Made by a program: the position numbers and the translations under genes. Below are positions 47,753-60,100 of a stretch of 64,000 bases of DNA, in pieces (within the stretch, counting starts at the first letter, position 1; each line of letters starts with the position of its first letter). Under the pieces are notes generated by a model. It saw only the letters and a program-made list of their open reading frames with translations. It had not been told where the DNA came from and ran no database searches. Source of the DNA: Paraphysomonas bandaiensis (Eukaryota; Protista; Chrysophyceae); contig CBFFRP010000348.1 in the NCBI GenBank assembly GCA_965644295.1, forward strand, positions 124,001-188,000. Reading direction: 5' to 3'.

Positions 47753-49257
47753 TTATACAACGGGGTGAAGAGTTGCTGCCTTATGACCTCGTACAGCAAA
47801 GATATCTACTGCAGGAAACATCCCGCCAACGGCAAGCAGCTACGTATGATGAGAAGTGAGTAGAAGGAATACTGCTCAAGAGTTTAGCACTGACCTCTTT
47901 ATTGGGATCTGGATGAATAGCAATCGAAACTATAGAAGGTGAGCTTGTCGGGGATATCGACACTTGTTCTACAAACAGAGCAAAGCATAAAATGAAAGCA
48001 AATTGAGCGGATATTTCAATAATATCATAAAAACATACCTAAAGATGACCTGTACAGATATGTGAGGCTCGATTGGGCCCCTCCAGTAATTATTTCGGCC
48101 CCGTCCACCTGGATCTGTTGTACCGCAGATGGACACGAAGCGGATGAAACGACTATTCCCTCTCCATTCCCGCCCCCCACAAGTGCGGAAGCCACCCAAC
48201 CACCTGAACGGTGGCTGAATGGTTGTGAAACCCCTTCTGATCCCCCCCCCACGTAGATAAAATTACCCTCAGCATCCACATCCATGCAAGCACTCCATAA
48301 GGAGTGACCACTGCGCAGTGAAGTAAAATATTATGAACCTTACCGAGTAACACACTAACCGTGGTGTCACATTCGCATCAGAGATGGCTGATGAAAAATC
48401 ACAACGAGAGGCAGGAGACCGGTATCCAGTGCGTACATCTGTGAAAATATGAAATCTCGTCATTCTGCAATCCCAGATAGCACAGACAGGGTACGTACCC
48501 CACACATTGACAACGCCCTCATCGTCACAAGACACTAACAAGTGCTGCGCTGCAACTGGAACTTTAACCGAATGAATACTCTGTTGTCGTTTTGCTAATT
48601 ACAAGCAATCAATGTTAATATATTTTGAAATGAGAGATGCATACATACCTGATATGTCATTCAAATATTTGCCAGTTTCCACATCGAACACATATACCAA
48701 CCCATCACTTCCGCCAGCGTACAAATGCCCAGACTAACAAAGTGAAAACAATATAAACACTACGAACAAATACAATTTATATTACCCACATTCGAACTGA
48801 CGGCGAATTCATTTATTTGTGGACTATTCGAGTGCATGTCATAACTTCTGTCCGATGTCATAACTGTATCGGCTGATATTGAATTCATGTGAGGACATTG
48901 TAGAATAGAGTCCCAATTCCAAATATGAACTCCTCCTTTCCCACCACTGCAGCAGAGGTAAAGTAAAAATTGTGTCACATCTACTGCATAACCATACCAG
49001 AAGAGACGCTTCGCAGGTCCAGAGCCCTCCAAGGAGCAGCACCGTAATGGTGCTTGAGTTCGGCCCATCTGTATACGAAGGGTCTTAGAAGCAACAGGGA
49101 GCTCACTTAAATTTGATATATCATATAAATGAAGGAATCCGAAATCGGATACAGCAACAAGGCTGTTGCTCTCGCTCTCGAACTGCAGCCCTGTGATAGT
49201 GCTCTCCTGGACCTTCGCCTGCACAGCATTGCGAGAATAGTATGTGCATAGGTCCAT
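47753..49257 (-). CDS. WD40-repeat protein, THOC6-like, multi-exon
   Basis: Exons give PQINEF..., LYAGGSDGLVYVFDVETG, LVSCDDEGVVNVW|DVRTG, IYVGGG and C-terminal LLAVGGMFPAVDIFAVRGHKAATL, resembling THO complex subunit 6. Confidence 0.6.
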
Positions 49258-51622
49258 GTTATTCTATTCTACTCGATGTATATGGAATAGTCTCAGCCCG
49301 TGGCAATGTTATGGTCTGCCCACTACATCAATAGGATCATGCAGTACATGCTTGCGGCATGCTGCTGCATTTGTTCATATACATTCTGCCCTACATGGCA
49401 GAGCAATAGCAGAGGTATACCAGTACCGTATATACAGTATACAGTATATATACAGTACTTCTGATGTAAATGTGGGATTTCTAGATTTCTGTTCTCGAAA
49501 ATTGGGGTTTATGATTTTCAGTCCAACAAAAGCAACCATCACCGCTTGTTATCATCTGATTGGTTGAATTCACCGTATGGTTAACTCTGTTGATGCCGGC
49601 CTCTCCTCTCAATGAACAGATCTTAGACCCCCTCAGCAGGATTGGATGGTATGTTGTAACGAATCGCTTCTTATATTCCACCCTCAGGAGTTATATTCAG
49701 ATATTGCAGAGTGTTCTCTGCATCTTGCATGTTTCCGTTAATAGCAACGAGCAAGTAATCTGGAGTCTCAACTGATGCAAGCAACATGAAGCTGTGGGCT
49801 GAGAAAACCTTATTATGGATATGAATATACTATCCGCAGTATTTTTTATTATGATGTCTTGCAGGGGTTCACATTAGCGTTTTCGTTCGGTTGCGGAATA
49901 CGAATACATGGGGTGTAATAGCGACTGACCTGGCAAGATTCCCGCCCGGAAATACGTAGTTGCATGTGATATATCTTTCTTCTTGTGTTCGTATGAGAGC
50001 TACTAGTTTGCTACTAAACTTTTCATAAAGTTTTAGGCTTAATACTTGATGTTAGAGTGATGTAAGAGAGTAACTCTCACACTAATAATCCAGGTACAGT
50101 AGTATCTGTCTCTCTAATTTGTCGTGCTTATTTCTTCTATAGTGGAGATGTATTGGTGCAAATTTAGTACATTTAGATAGAGGTTGCAAGCTTACTATCG
50201 TAATGCTAAAGTGTTTTTGCTTTTGTAGTGAGTGATGCCATACTGGCTAACCCAGTGGGAGCAGTAACAGTTTCAGTAATTGAGTTTGAGATACAGGAGA
50301 CAGGGACGAATGCATAGATGTAAATTGTTTGAAAATATACATTGAAATTGTTAGTTTTCCACGACATAGATATAGAGATTTCGTACGAATATTAAGCTAT
50401 GAACTTTTAGATATAGTTACACTATATTCTCAGTGATATGTATTGCAACGACATACCCGAAGGTAAGTTGAAAAACACTTTAATAACAACACTTTATTTA
50501 AGCAAGAACAATATAATAACTCTAAAACAACATATATATATCCCCATTTTGTCTCAGAATTTTTGACTTGAATTGGGTTCAACAGAGCTCTCTTATTTGC
50601 ACCGGGCAAATATAGACATTCAACTTCAGCATTCGGTTCAACAGAAATAATGGTTTGCAGTACATTTAAGCTATAGTGATGAGTCAACTTTCAAAAGCAG
50701 ACTATCAATCACTCCGAGCTGTATTTCATCTGATGTAGAATGATGTCAGTGGAAGTGAACTAGAGTAATAGAGTAATAGCCCAGACTTCGAAACAACTCA
50801 AAGAATATTACAGAATAAATCATATGCCGCATCTACAGCAGCGGCACCTAGTCCTTTCAGGGCTTGGGTCAGGTCGTTTCCTTCATATCATATAAACAGC
50901 ATTCGACTCAACTGTACTAGTAGTTAGGCGTGTTATATATAAACGTGATGATACTAAAGAGACTCCTGCGGCTATTATATTTTACATTTACTATTATATT
51001 TTTGTAAGAATTACAATACCTCACAGTTACTAATCTTACGTTCAACATAATGAGGACGAGCTGCAATTCAACCTAGGTTAAGGAGCTTGTCCCTTGTCCA
51101 AATTTTATAGCTCGGACGAAATTTTATTCGTTTAAAAATTCTGAGCACGGAGCGATATAGCCTCCTTATTCCCTATTACCCGACATACGACATAGTATTG
51201 TTTGGACGGTTTAAAAACTATCAATATTATAGATGGATCGCTGTCTAGCAACTAACAATAGTATTGCAATATAATATATATTAGACAGCAGCGAGATTAC
51301 ATAATGTATATATACATATATGAAATATACCCACCATCATAATGTGGGGACGACAATTCATTTCGCATGTAAACTGTGTCAGACCAAGCGATCAATGTAC
51401 TGCTTGTTGCTCCACTTTCTCTATTGAAATGAAACACCTCTGTTACAATTATATATATTATATGATAACGTATGTTTGACACTGGAGTAAGAATTGATAC
51501 TATTATAATTGATAGAGGTCCGTCAATGAGACGCCTAGATAACGAGTACAACTCCCACTGAATATGTACAGCTAATCAGGTAATCAACAGCGACTAAAAA
51601 ACATCCAAACTATACACAACAT

Positions 51623-52543
51623 CTAATCATTCAAATTCCAATCATACGCACGGAACAAAAGTCGGGGATCAGTGCCAGGGGTCTCCAGCATTGTACTTAA
51701 CCTCTCGGCCACATCAGGGGGTGCGTGGGCACGTATCCATTCAATGACGGCTAAATCATTGTCTCCAAAGTCACATCTGTACCATTTAAATATCATAGTG
51801 ACTGTAACAGTTTTGGCCTGGGCATTAACTTCAACATCACTAAGAGCACCCTTTGTGACTCTAGCAAGAGTTTCATCAAGCTTTTCTGCTTTGTAGACCA
51901 TTATCGGCGGACAGCTCCTTGCGCCACAATTGAGTGCAAAATGAATCCTCGGGTCGAGATCGATTACACTGGACAGCCTCTCATCACCTTCGGGAAAAGG
52001 GATACTAGACATGTACGTAGCAGCGCGTCGATTTCCTCTTAGTATTCCATTTTCAATGTCATTCAAGCTGTAAACTCTACCGCCTATATTGTAGGAAGCG
52101 GTGGCATACATTCTTAGTCTAGAAAAAAATGAGCTGTCATGTTTGATGAGTCCGTTCACCAAGGCATGTATAACCAACGAGTTATAAACATTAATGAAAA
52201 AAGCTTTGCGTTCAAGTGTTGGCATTTGCCTTTCATCAACTGTCTTCAACTGTCTTACGATATCTAAATACTCTGCGAATTTAGGAGAGCTGCGGATACC
52301 AGTGTAATCCACAGACGTACCCAATTCATTCATATGATCACTTTTGATACCAAGGATGGTTCGTCTCATCTGGGTTACGAGATCACGATGATCACAAACA
52401 TATCCCGGAGCCTCCTCTCCCTTCTCATTGTACTCACAGTTCAGTATATCAAGCTCAGCCCACCACAGCCCGTACACCTGACCTCTACGGTTATCAGATG
52501 AAAGTGTTATTCTTTTAAAGTAATCAAGCATGAGCACACACAA
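51623..52543 (-). CDS. DUF547 domain protein
   Basis: AFFINVYNSLVIH, YSLNDIENGILRGN, DPRIHFALNCGARSCPP, IFKWY..DF and YDWNLN. First ATG near 52531. Confidence 0.88.
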   Translation of the reverse strand: MCVLMLDYFKRITLSSDNRRGQVYGLWWAELDILNCEYNEKGEEAPGYVCDHRDLVTQMRRTILGIKSDHMNELGTSVDYTGIRSSPKFAEYLDIVRQLKTVDERQMPTLERKAFFINVYNSLVIHALVNGLIKHDSSFFSRLRMYATASYNIGGRVYSLNDIENGILRGNRRAATYMSSIPFPEGDERLSSVIDLDPRIHFALNCGARSCPPIMVYKAEKLDETLARVTKGALSDVEVNAQAKTVTVTMIFKWYRCDFGDNDLAVIEWIRAHAPPDVAERLSTMLETPGTDPRLLFRAYDWNLND

Positions 52544-53043
52544 GTCTGGGAATGCTCATATACTGGACTCGCGTAGTGTGGCACATGCTATGAACAGAAC
52601 TCTCAGGGTCCCTCAATTGCATGCTATCAGTATAATCTGTGCTGTATACTGCTGTATACTGCTGTATTCTCCGATATCATTTATCGAACTGCTGCTGGTG
52701 CATACGAGCATATGTCCAATCCAGCGTATGTGAATCGCTGTCATCCAATCACATATCCGATCCAGTTATAATCAACAAATCAACGTGTAGTATATGTCCA
52801 TTACTTCAAATGATTCGTTGAATAGTTGATTTAAGTACAGGGATATACAGAGTGTACAGTGCGTATTCTTCAGTTTCATTCGTATAATAAAAACTGCTGT
52901 ACAGACCTGTACATACATACATACATCATACATGCATGTGCAGCTGGGCGTCTTCAGGCAGGCAGTTAAGTGCAAGAGGAACACTGCTCCGCTCACTCTG
53001 CTGGGCAACTACACCACCATCCTTTATAGTTAAGCTCGAAGTC

Positions 53044-54525
53044 ATGCCCTCTGATATGCTTCCAAGCTTACCGGGCTATAAACCTAACCCAGTTCGAACC
53101 AATGGGGCCAAGAAACAGTACTTCATGACTCTGAACGGTCATAAGTTTGTTAAGGACTCATCTGAAGACTCTGCGGACTCATATGACTTAAATTCATCCG
53201 CTTCTATAGCCACACTAGGAACATCTGCATCTTCGAAGTTTTTTCCGTCCAGTAATATCAATTCATCGGTATTAAACTTCACAGCAGCTGTTGCTGATGT
53301 AAATGACTCCTCCGCGAGTCACATATCTCGACGATGTACTATTTTGTATTATGTTGAAGACAACACCATTAAGATTGTTGAGCACCCACAACCGAACAGT
53401 TCATCTGGAACATTGTTGCGTCGCTCTGTCGTGGTGAAAGATGACGGGTCACGACTATCAGTGGATGACTTGCAGTACGGTGAAGATATTGTGATATATG
53501 GCCGTGTGTACAGTATAATAAACTGTTCAGACAGTACACGGACGTTTTTGGAAGACATTGGAAGAACAAATTTGCCGCCACGCAAGGAGGACGATGATTG
53601 CTCGTGGAAAGATGATAAGGCGGTTGAGTGGGGAACTTTCAGAAGAGAAAAAAATAACCTTAAAATGTTCATGGAAGCCAAGCTTGGAAACACCGTTAAC
53701 AATTCTGGTCGAGAGGGCTTTAACGAATACGGAAATATGGTACTGAAGTTTTTGTGTTCATGGGACGATACGGAGCGGCTGTACGGTGATCTTTCCGAGT
53801 ATGTACTGGTTTACCACTTGGCTGATGATACCATTGAGATATTCAACAACCAGGCTAGTGGGAAAGAGCTCTTCCCAAAGTTGCTGAAACGTGCTCCTCT
53901 GGTGAGAGACTATGAGTCCACTGCCGATGGGGATGAGGAGCAATACTACCATTGGTCAGACTTGTACATTGGTGCAGATATCAATGTCTATTCCAGGATG
54001 CTACATATCGTCGAGGCGGACAACGAGACGAGGAATTTCTACGACCTCATGGAATGTCCTCTGGGTCCCTCGGAGAGGAGCACGGTCAATGCATCTCGCA
54101 TATCTTTTTCCCGAGAGGTTCCACCTCACAACGGCTTTGGATCTGAGGAGGACTCACTGAAAAGCTGTTCTGGACCACTCTGTCCCAGCACAGCTCCCGC
54201 CAGGAGTAATGTGTTTGAGAACAGAGTCCTATCATTTTTTGCCCGACTGAAGACGAATAATTCTAATGATGAAAAACGTAGGTTTGTTGTGTCATACTAC
54301 ATGCAAGACAACACCATTAAGATTCACGAGCCTCCAGTTCGAAACTCTGGATACGTCGGAGGTTTGTTCTTGTCCCGTCGAAAGGTAAAGCGCTATGGTG
54401 GGTCCGATTACATCAATCACAACGACTTTATTATTGGATCAACCATTAAAATTCTTACCCACGAGTTTTATATCGAAGATGCGAATGAATTTACTCTGAA
54501 ATGGCTGGACTCCGAGCGGATTTAG
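53044..54525 (+). CDS. EFHC1/Rib72-like axonemal protein with three DM10 domains, no EF-hand
   Basis: N-terminal LPSLPGY and three repeats of the YY..DNTI.I.E...NSG...G..L.R pattern, plus PPHNGFGSEEDSL. Confidence 0.85.
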   Translation: MPSDMLPSLPGYKPNPVRTNGAKKQYFMTLNGHKFVKDSSEDSADSYDLNSSASIATLGTSASSKFFPSSNINSSVLNFTAAVADVNDSSASHISRRCTILYYVEDNTIKIVEHPQPNSSSGTLLRRSVVVKDDGSRLSVDDLQYGEDIVIYGRVYSIINCSDSTRTFLEDIGRTNLPPRKEDDDCSWKDDKAVEWGTFRREKNNLKMFMEAKLGNTVNNSGREGFNEYGNMVLKFLCSWDDTERLYGDLSEYVLVYHLADDTIEIFNNQASGKELFPKLLKRAPLVRDYESTADGDEEQYYHWSDLYIGADINVYSRMLHIVEADNETRNFYDLMECPLGPSERSTVNASRISFSREVPPHNGFGSEEDSLKSCSGPLCPSTAPARSNVFENRVLSFFARLKTNNSNDEKRRFVVSYYMQDNTIKIHEPPVRNSGYVGGLFLSRRKVKRYGGSDYINHNDFIIGSTIKILTHEFYIEDANEFTLKWLDSERI

Positions 54526-55249
54526 ACTGGGAAACAATGTCGTACATGCATCTTGCTGTATGGTGCTGTTCTGAATGCTTTTCGTGAATTACTTAGAAAC
54601 ACTGTAACCAATATGTCGTGTACTGAATACCTTGGTTTGTGTTGAATTGGGTATGGATATGTGCCTTACAGTGTATCATTGCACAAAACGTACTCTGTCA
54701 TCGTCTACTGCAGTACAGTATATATGTTGTCATGTGCTACGAATACGAATCATAATCTTTCGAGGAATTTTTTACAATGGTGGAATTAAATATTGGCAAT
54801 TTATGACTTCTCGATTCATATTACTTACTACTTACACCAGCAATCTTAAACCCTGAACGAGGCCCATCGGATCAATGGTATAGTGCAGCGTATGGAAACG
54901 AGATTTCACAGGCTAATCCAGTGCAGTATATATTGTTGTGAATTAGAATATAATTTAGAGAAAGTAAAACATTAAACCGGTTAACAAGAGGAACGATATA
55001 TAAGCTCATATCAAATGTTTTATGCATTAGATAAATATGGTACCCGTAATATAATGTTATATGTTATTGACACATTTAACTCTACGTTACGGGAAAAATC
55101 TGCGTTGTTTCAAATATAAAGTATAACTTCACATACTGAACTGAAAAATTATTGTAAATAACTATTTTGGAACCAATAATTTCAATGAACTGAACAAGCA
55201 AACACATATTTTTTTTTGTTTCATATGTTGCTCAACATATATTATTGTT

Positions 55250-56953
55250 GGGATCTATAATTAAACCTAATCAAATTGGTTGAATTATCTAGTCACACCA
55301 AAATTGGTGTCAGAAAAACCTAGCCATTTAATAATTCAGTTTTCAATGACTAGGGTGACTAGGTATTTTAGGGTGTATTGACCTAGTCAAAAGTAGAAAT
55401 TTTTCACTTAAACATGGCAGCATACTCTAGCCATCAATTAATGAAAATTCAACCAATACATCACATTTCATCTTCGCAATCAAACAAGAACTGGGCAGTT
55501 TCTCGTAACCAATCCTCCTTAATTTCATGGGCATTAAACCCAACAAACATAAGGTGGGGTAGGATGTCATCAGGGGCATCCGAGAAGCGACACTGTCATC
55601 GAATGAGTTTTTGCTTATTGTGATTATTCGGCACTACGCGATAATCCACGCACATACCATTCAGGTACTGGGGATGACGAGCGTACGTATTCTTTCAGCT
55701 CCCAGGCCTGAGGTCTATGACATCAACGAATTTGGCTGCATTGCGAGGCCGGCCGCGTTTCCTAGAACGCCTGATTGAGCTAGACAGGTGCTTCGCATCA
55801 ATGTCCCCTGGTGACAAAATTAAAAAATAATGTCGTCATGTAGAGAACTATAAATGTATTGCACATACCTCGCGAGTAATATACGGCTAGCGAGTGGGAG
55901 TAGTATCGACCATTTTCCCAAAACCGAGAGGACAGTTACAAACAAGACCTTGCGCAACATACATACTGAGAAATTTGTTACAAAATGATTAATATACTCT
56001 ATTCATACTCATAAATAGAATATTACACTTCTCCCTACATTCCCCCAGTGAAGTTTTACCTTTCCTCTTGACGGAATGAAACATATCTATATATGGTTTG
56101 CACATTTTGTTCTCCCTCGTGTGTTCAATGAACAAGTTTCTCTTTGAGTTCACGTACCTATAAAGTTGAGTGCTGTTAAAAGGATGCGTAATCGATAAGT
56201 ATGTGGTACCAACCAATGAACCTCATTTCTGCCCTCGACTATAATATCCATGCGCTAACAGTTTTGAGGACCAGGGTCGAGAATTGCGCATGCGCTAGTA
56301 GGCAATCTCGATGCACTACGCTAGCTGATCACTACATAGGAAAATGATTTTACTGACCCGGTACTGCTATAGAAGATGCGACAGTTTTTCGTGTCCATGT
56401 CCGGTGCAGTTCCACAGCGTCCTAAGGTCCATGACATCAGCGGGTTCACAGTTGAATCTTATCAGTGCATACAGCGTTTACGCGATCTATTGTCTGCCAC
56501 GCCTGAGAAAACCCGTCAACGATCGCGTCTTTTCCGTTACTCCTCCGCTCCCAAGCAAGCATCACAAAATAGAATATTGCTATTCACCATCTTAACATCG
56601 TGTGTTATAAACAGTAGTACATATGCATATATATGCGCAGATACCTTTCAAAGATTCCATTACACTGATTGACTAATGACACACTCCTCGTGATACTTAA
56701 CACCTGTGTTAAGTAGATATATGTATATAGTATATATTATGAGCTTATTGTTATGTTTGGATGTTTGTTTTGATGCTCTGTAGGCCAGTAATATATTGTC
56801 TGGTGTGAGATGGAATCTTAGACAGTCACAGTGTGTATTCAATGGATATAAGAACGACTTGATTAAATACCAAAATTGACTAGGTTGAGTCGTTTATTAC
56901 TTTGATTAGGTTATTCCACCAAAATAGTGTGACTAGGTTGAATACTATTTCCC
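55250..56953 (-). mobile_element. Non-autonomous Mutator-like (MULE) element, 1704 bp, with decayed transposase fragment
   Basis: 9-bp TSD ATTATTGTT (55241-55249 and 56954-56962), GGGA...TCCC termini and inverted subterminal ACCTA(G/A)TCA repeats. Minus strand carries a frameshifted SWIM-like LVCNCP/RFWENGRYYSHSLAVY (~55879-55946) and AT-hook RKRGRPR (~55743-55763). Confidence 0.75.
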
Positions 56954-57157
56954 ATTATTGTTTTGACAATAAGTTACTTATTTATACCACTCTTTTAATC
57001 GGTATATGGATCAACCTTTTGAACAATTTGATTGTCACTACTAAAGACACAGTAAATATCATGATCATAGGAAAAAATGCTAATTTATTCTTATACACGA
57101 CTACTGAAGCCACCATATATGGCAAACAATCGCTACTCTACATGACTCAATTACAAT

Positions 57158-60100
57158 TTAATCATCTGATTGCATCAAGAGCGCTACACCGGCAAGTATC
57201 CACCGGTGCACAGGGTCCACTGTATAAAGTGTACTGAGAAAGACAAATGTCCCTCCTCTCGCCGACGTTAAGTACACTGGGCATTCATACAATGTTGGAT
57301 TGCGTCGCAGATAACCAACAGATTCCGGTGACCATTCAGGTTTCACCGATACAGCTTTAACATATATTAGTGGCAGAGGAGTAAGGAGTTGTTTCAATCG
57401 ACTTTCTGTTAAGTGACCAGCGCATGGAGTATTTCCAACAACTGTTACATGGTCCGCAGACTCTTCCTCGTCCGTCCACCTGGCACCCTCAATAAGTAGA
57501 CCATGTATAAATATGCCATCTTCTGGATATGCAGCAAGCGCTACCGCATCATCAGGACGGTACATTCGTGTCACATGGGTGTCCAGAGTCATATGATCCA
57601 AAGGGAGTTTCTTTTTCCGCGCAGTCACCTATAATATACTTATTAAACAAAAACCAATATCAGCCAATCGCTTTACCTGCATTATAGCAGTTAACAATGC
57701 CGTTGGATTTATCAACCCCGGAAGCCACACTGAAAAAGGGAGAGCAAGGCCTGGATCTTCAGTCCAACTAGCTAACTGTTTCCTTCGTAAAATAAGGTCC
57801 GAAAACCACGAAATGAGTGATTTGCGGGAAGCCCAAGCAAGGCGCTCCCAGGAGCACGCATGAAATGGATTACGTCCTGGAACTTGATTTAGTCCCAAGC
57901 ACTCGGCCATATCTTCCATTCCCTGTGACATATTCAGCTGACCATTTAGGCCCTTTTGCAGCTCTTCCAACGACGACTTGATTTCATTGAGTAACGAATT
58001 TAATCGCGTACATTCCTGGACCACCACTACACCATACGGAAGATCACCCTCAGCAACTTTTTCCTTGAACTTATCTGCCAGCTCAACAAGGTCAAAAAGA
58101 GCTGGACATCGGTTCATTAGATCCTCCAAAACTTCTCTTAGTAGAGTCAAACTTCCTCCAGCTCCATCTGATAAAGATGATCCAATTTCTAATTGCAAGA
58201 TGGTTTGGAAAAGGTTCTCCGCCTTACTAGTTAAAAATCCTATTTCAGCATTAGGATGCAAGCCGTAGACAACAGGACTTTCTGGAGGCAAGCTCTTCAT
58301 AATAAACTGAGAGTAATTGTGAAACTCCCATTGTGTAGGATCCGGAGATAGCAATTTCGGTGCTAACTCTCCACGATTCATCAATTTTTCGTTGAAAACT
58401 ACTTGTAAGTAGGTGTTATTCGTTCTCCTATCAAAGAAATCTGTGATGTGACCTCCATACATAATTTCTCCAAATATATATCGCAAATCCTGGAAAGGTA
58501 TCTGTGTTGTATCTCTATTCAGGTAAGACTCTAACACATCCGCGCATATGCGTAAGTCACCAACATTAAAACCATAAGCTCTGCTCCAACCTTGAAACCC
58601 AAATCTTCTCCGCCCAAGCATAAGAGAATGGAAAAAACATAACCCAAAGAGACACGCTTTGAAAGGGTCTTGCTTCACGCATTGGTCGATGCGACTTTGA
58701 CTAAAAGTACCCCAAGCTCTTGCTAAATTAGACCTTAAATCTGATGGCGGCTCATTAGCGATTACAATGCATGATTGCAAGAGACTTTCCGGTATATTCT
58801 TTAAATATGCCAAGGGAGGAGGTTCGGCTGATATAAACACACGAAAGTTCTTATGAGGTGACAATGTCTCCAACTTCTCATCCAAAGTTGGAAGCCACGA
58901 CTGCATAAGGTGCACATTTTGCAAAAACACCCAACCTCCAGCCTTTCCTAGGCGCTGTATAGTTTCGTCAGCACGAGCTTCCTGGCCTTGCCCCATAGAT
59001 ATGTTCGCAAACATACCAGACTCGGCAGTAATGCCTTTCTCCCTGCCTAGGTCTTCCACCCATGGAGTTGGATCGACGCCAGGGTACAAAACAAATAGAA
59101 CTGGAGTTTTATTCGTCGTGTCTCGATAGGTGGACTGCATATTGAAAGGCGGTTGTATGACAAACTCTTCACCCAAATTTTCTTGTACATACTCAGAGAG
59201 AGCAACAGGAAGTCTATCAGGACGCAATACACGCAGAATCAAAAGCCGTCGAATATCTTTGCCAAGTTCTTTAAAATCCCCAGGCATTGGACGCATTTCA
59301 GGATCAGGTTGATTGTACCATTCTTCCCAGTCTTCCGCATCTCCAGCAATTTTTTCCATGATACCTTCAAATAGTGGGTCAGCTTGACCAAGATCTTCGC
59401 CAAGCGCTTTTGCGCGAGCCCATGAAGCTTCTGAAAGCCATTTCGATAAATCTGCGCTCATTGACGGAACTTCTTCTGCAATGCGCCCCCTGTTAATAGC
59501 ATCAACATATATTTTATCCAATGATCCATTCTCGAGCTTCACTCGCAAAGTGATGAGCGTTGCAACAGTTAGTTTATCTCTTTCGAAGAGACCAGATCGA
59601 ACAAAGTTAAATATTATTCTCGATACAGATGCTTGCAACTGGAGTAGACGTTCGGGAAGGTTTGCCCCACCAGCCTCTTGAAGGTCTCGCTCTTCAATTT
59701 CGTGTACGCGATGCGCAATTTGCAGTTCCAGTTCTGCCAAGTCTACAGCCTCATCTTCATTGGCAACTTCTTCAACTTCGACTTCTTCCTCTTCGGCAGA
59801 CGGATCTTTTCCAGCAAGGTGAACACCACGTAAAAAAAATTGCACAAAGCTTTCTAACGAAAACATATAATATGAATGAATTTTATGCAAGTTATTCATT
59901 ACGAAGAAGAGAAGAGAGCCTCGTCTTGCCACGGGTCGATAGAGTTCTGAGGTCTTTTCAATCTTTTCAGATGTAATCATGCTTTCGTCAAGCTTCACAG
60001 CGATTTCATCAGACAACTTCTTTGATAACTCCAGTTCTTCTATGAGGGCTCTATCTTCTGTTATGTCACCTTGGGCTTCGGCTAATCTCATCAAAATATT

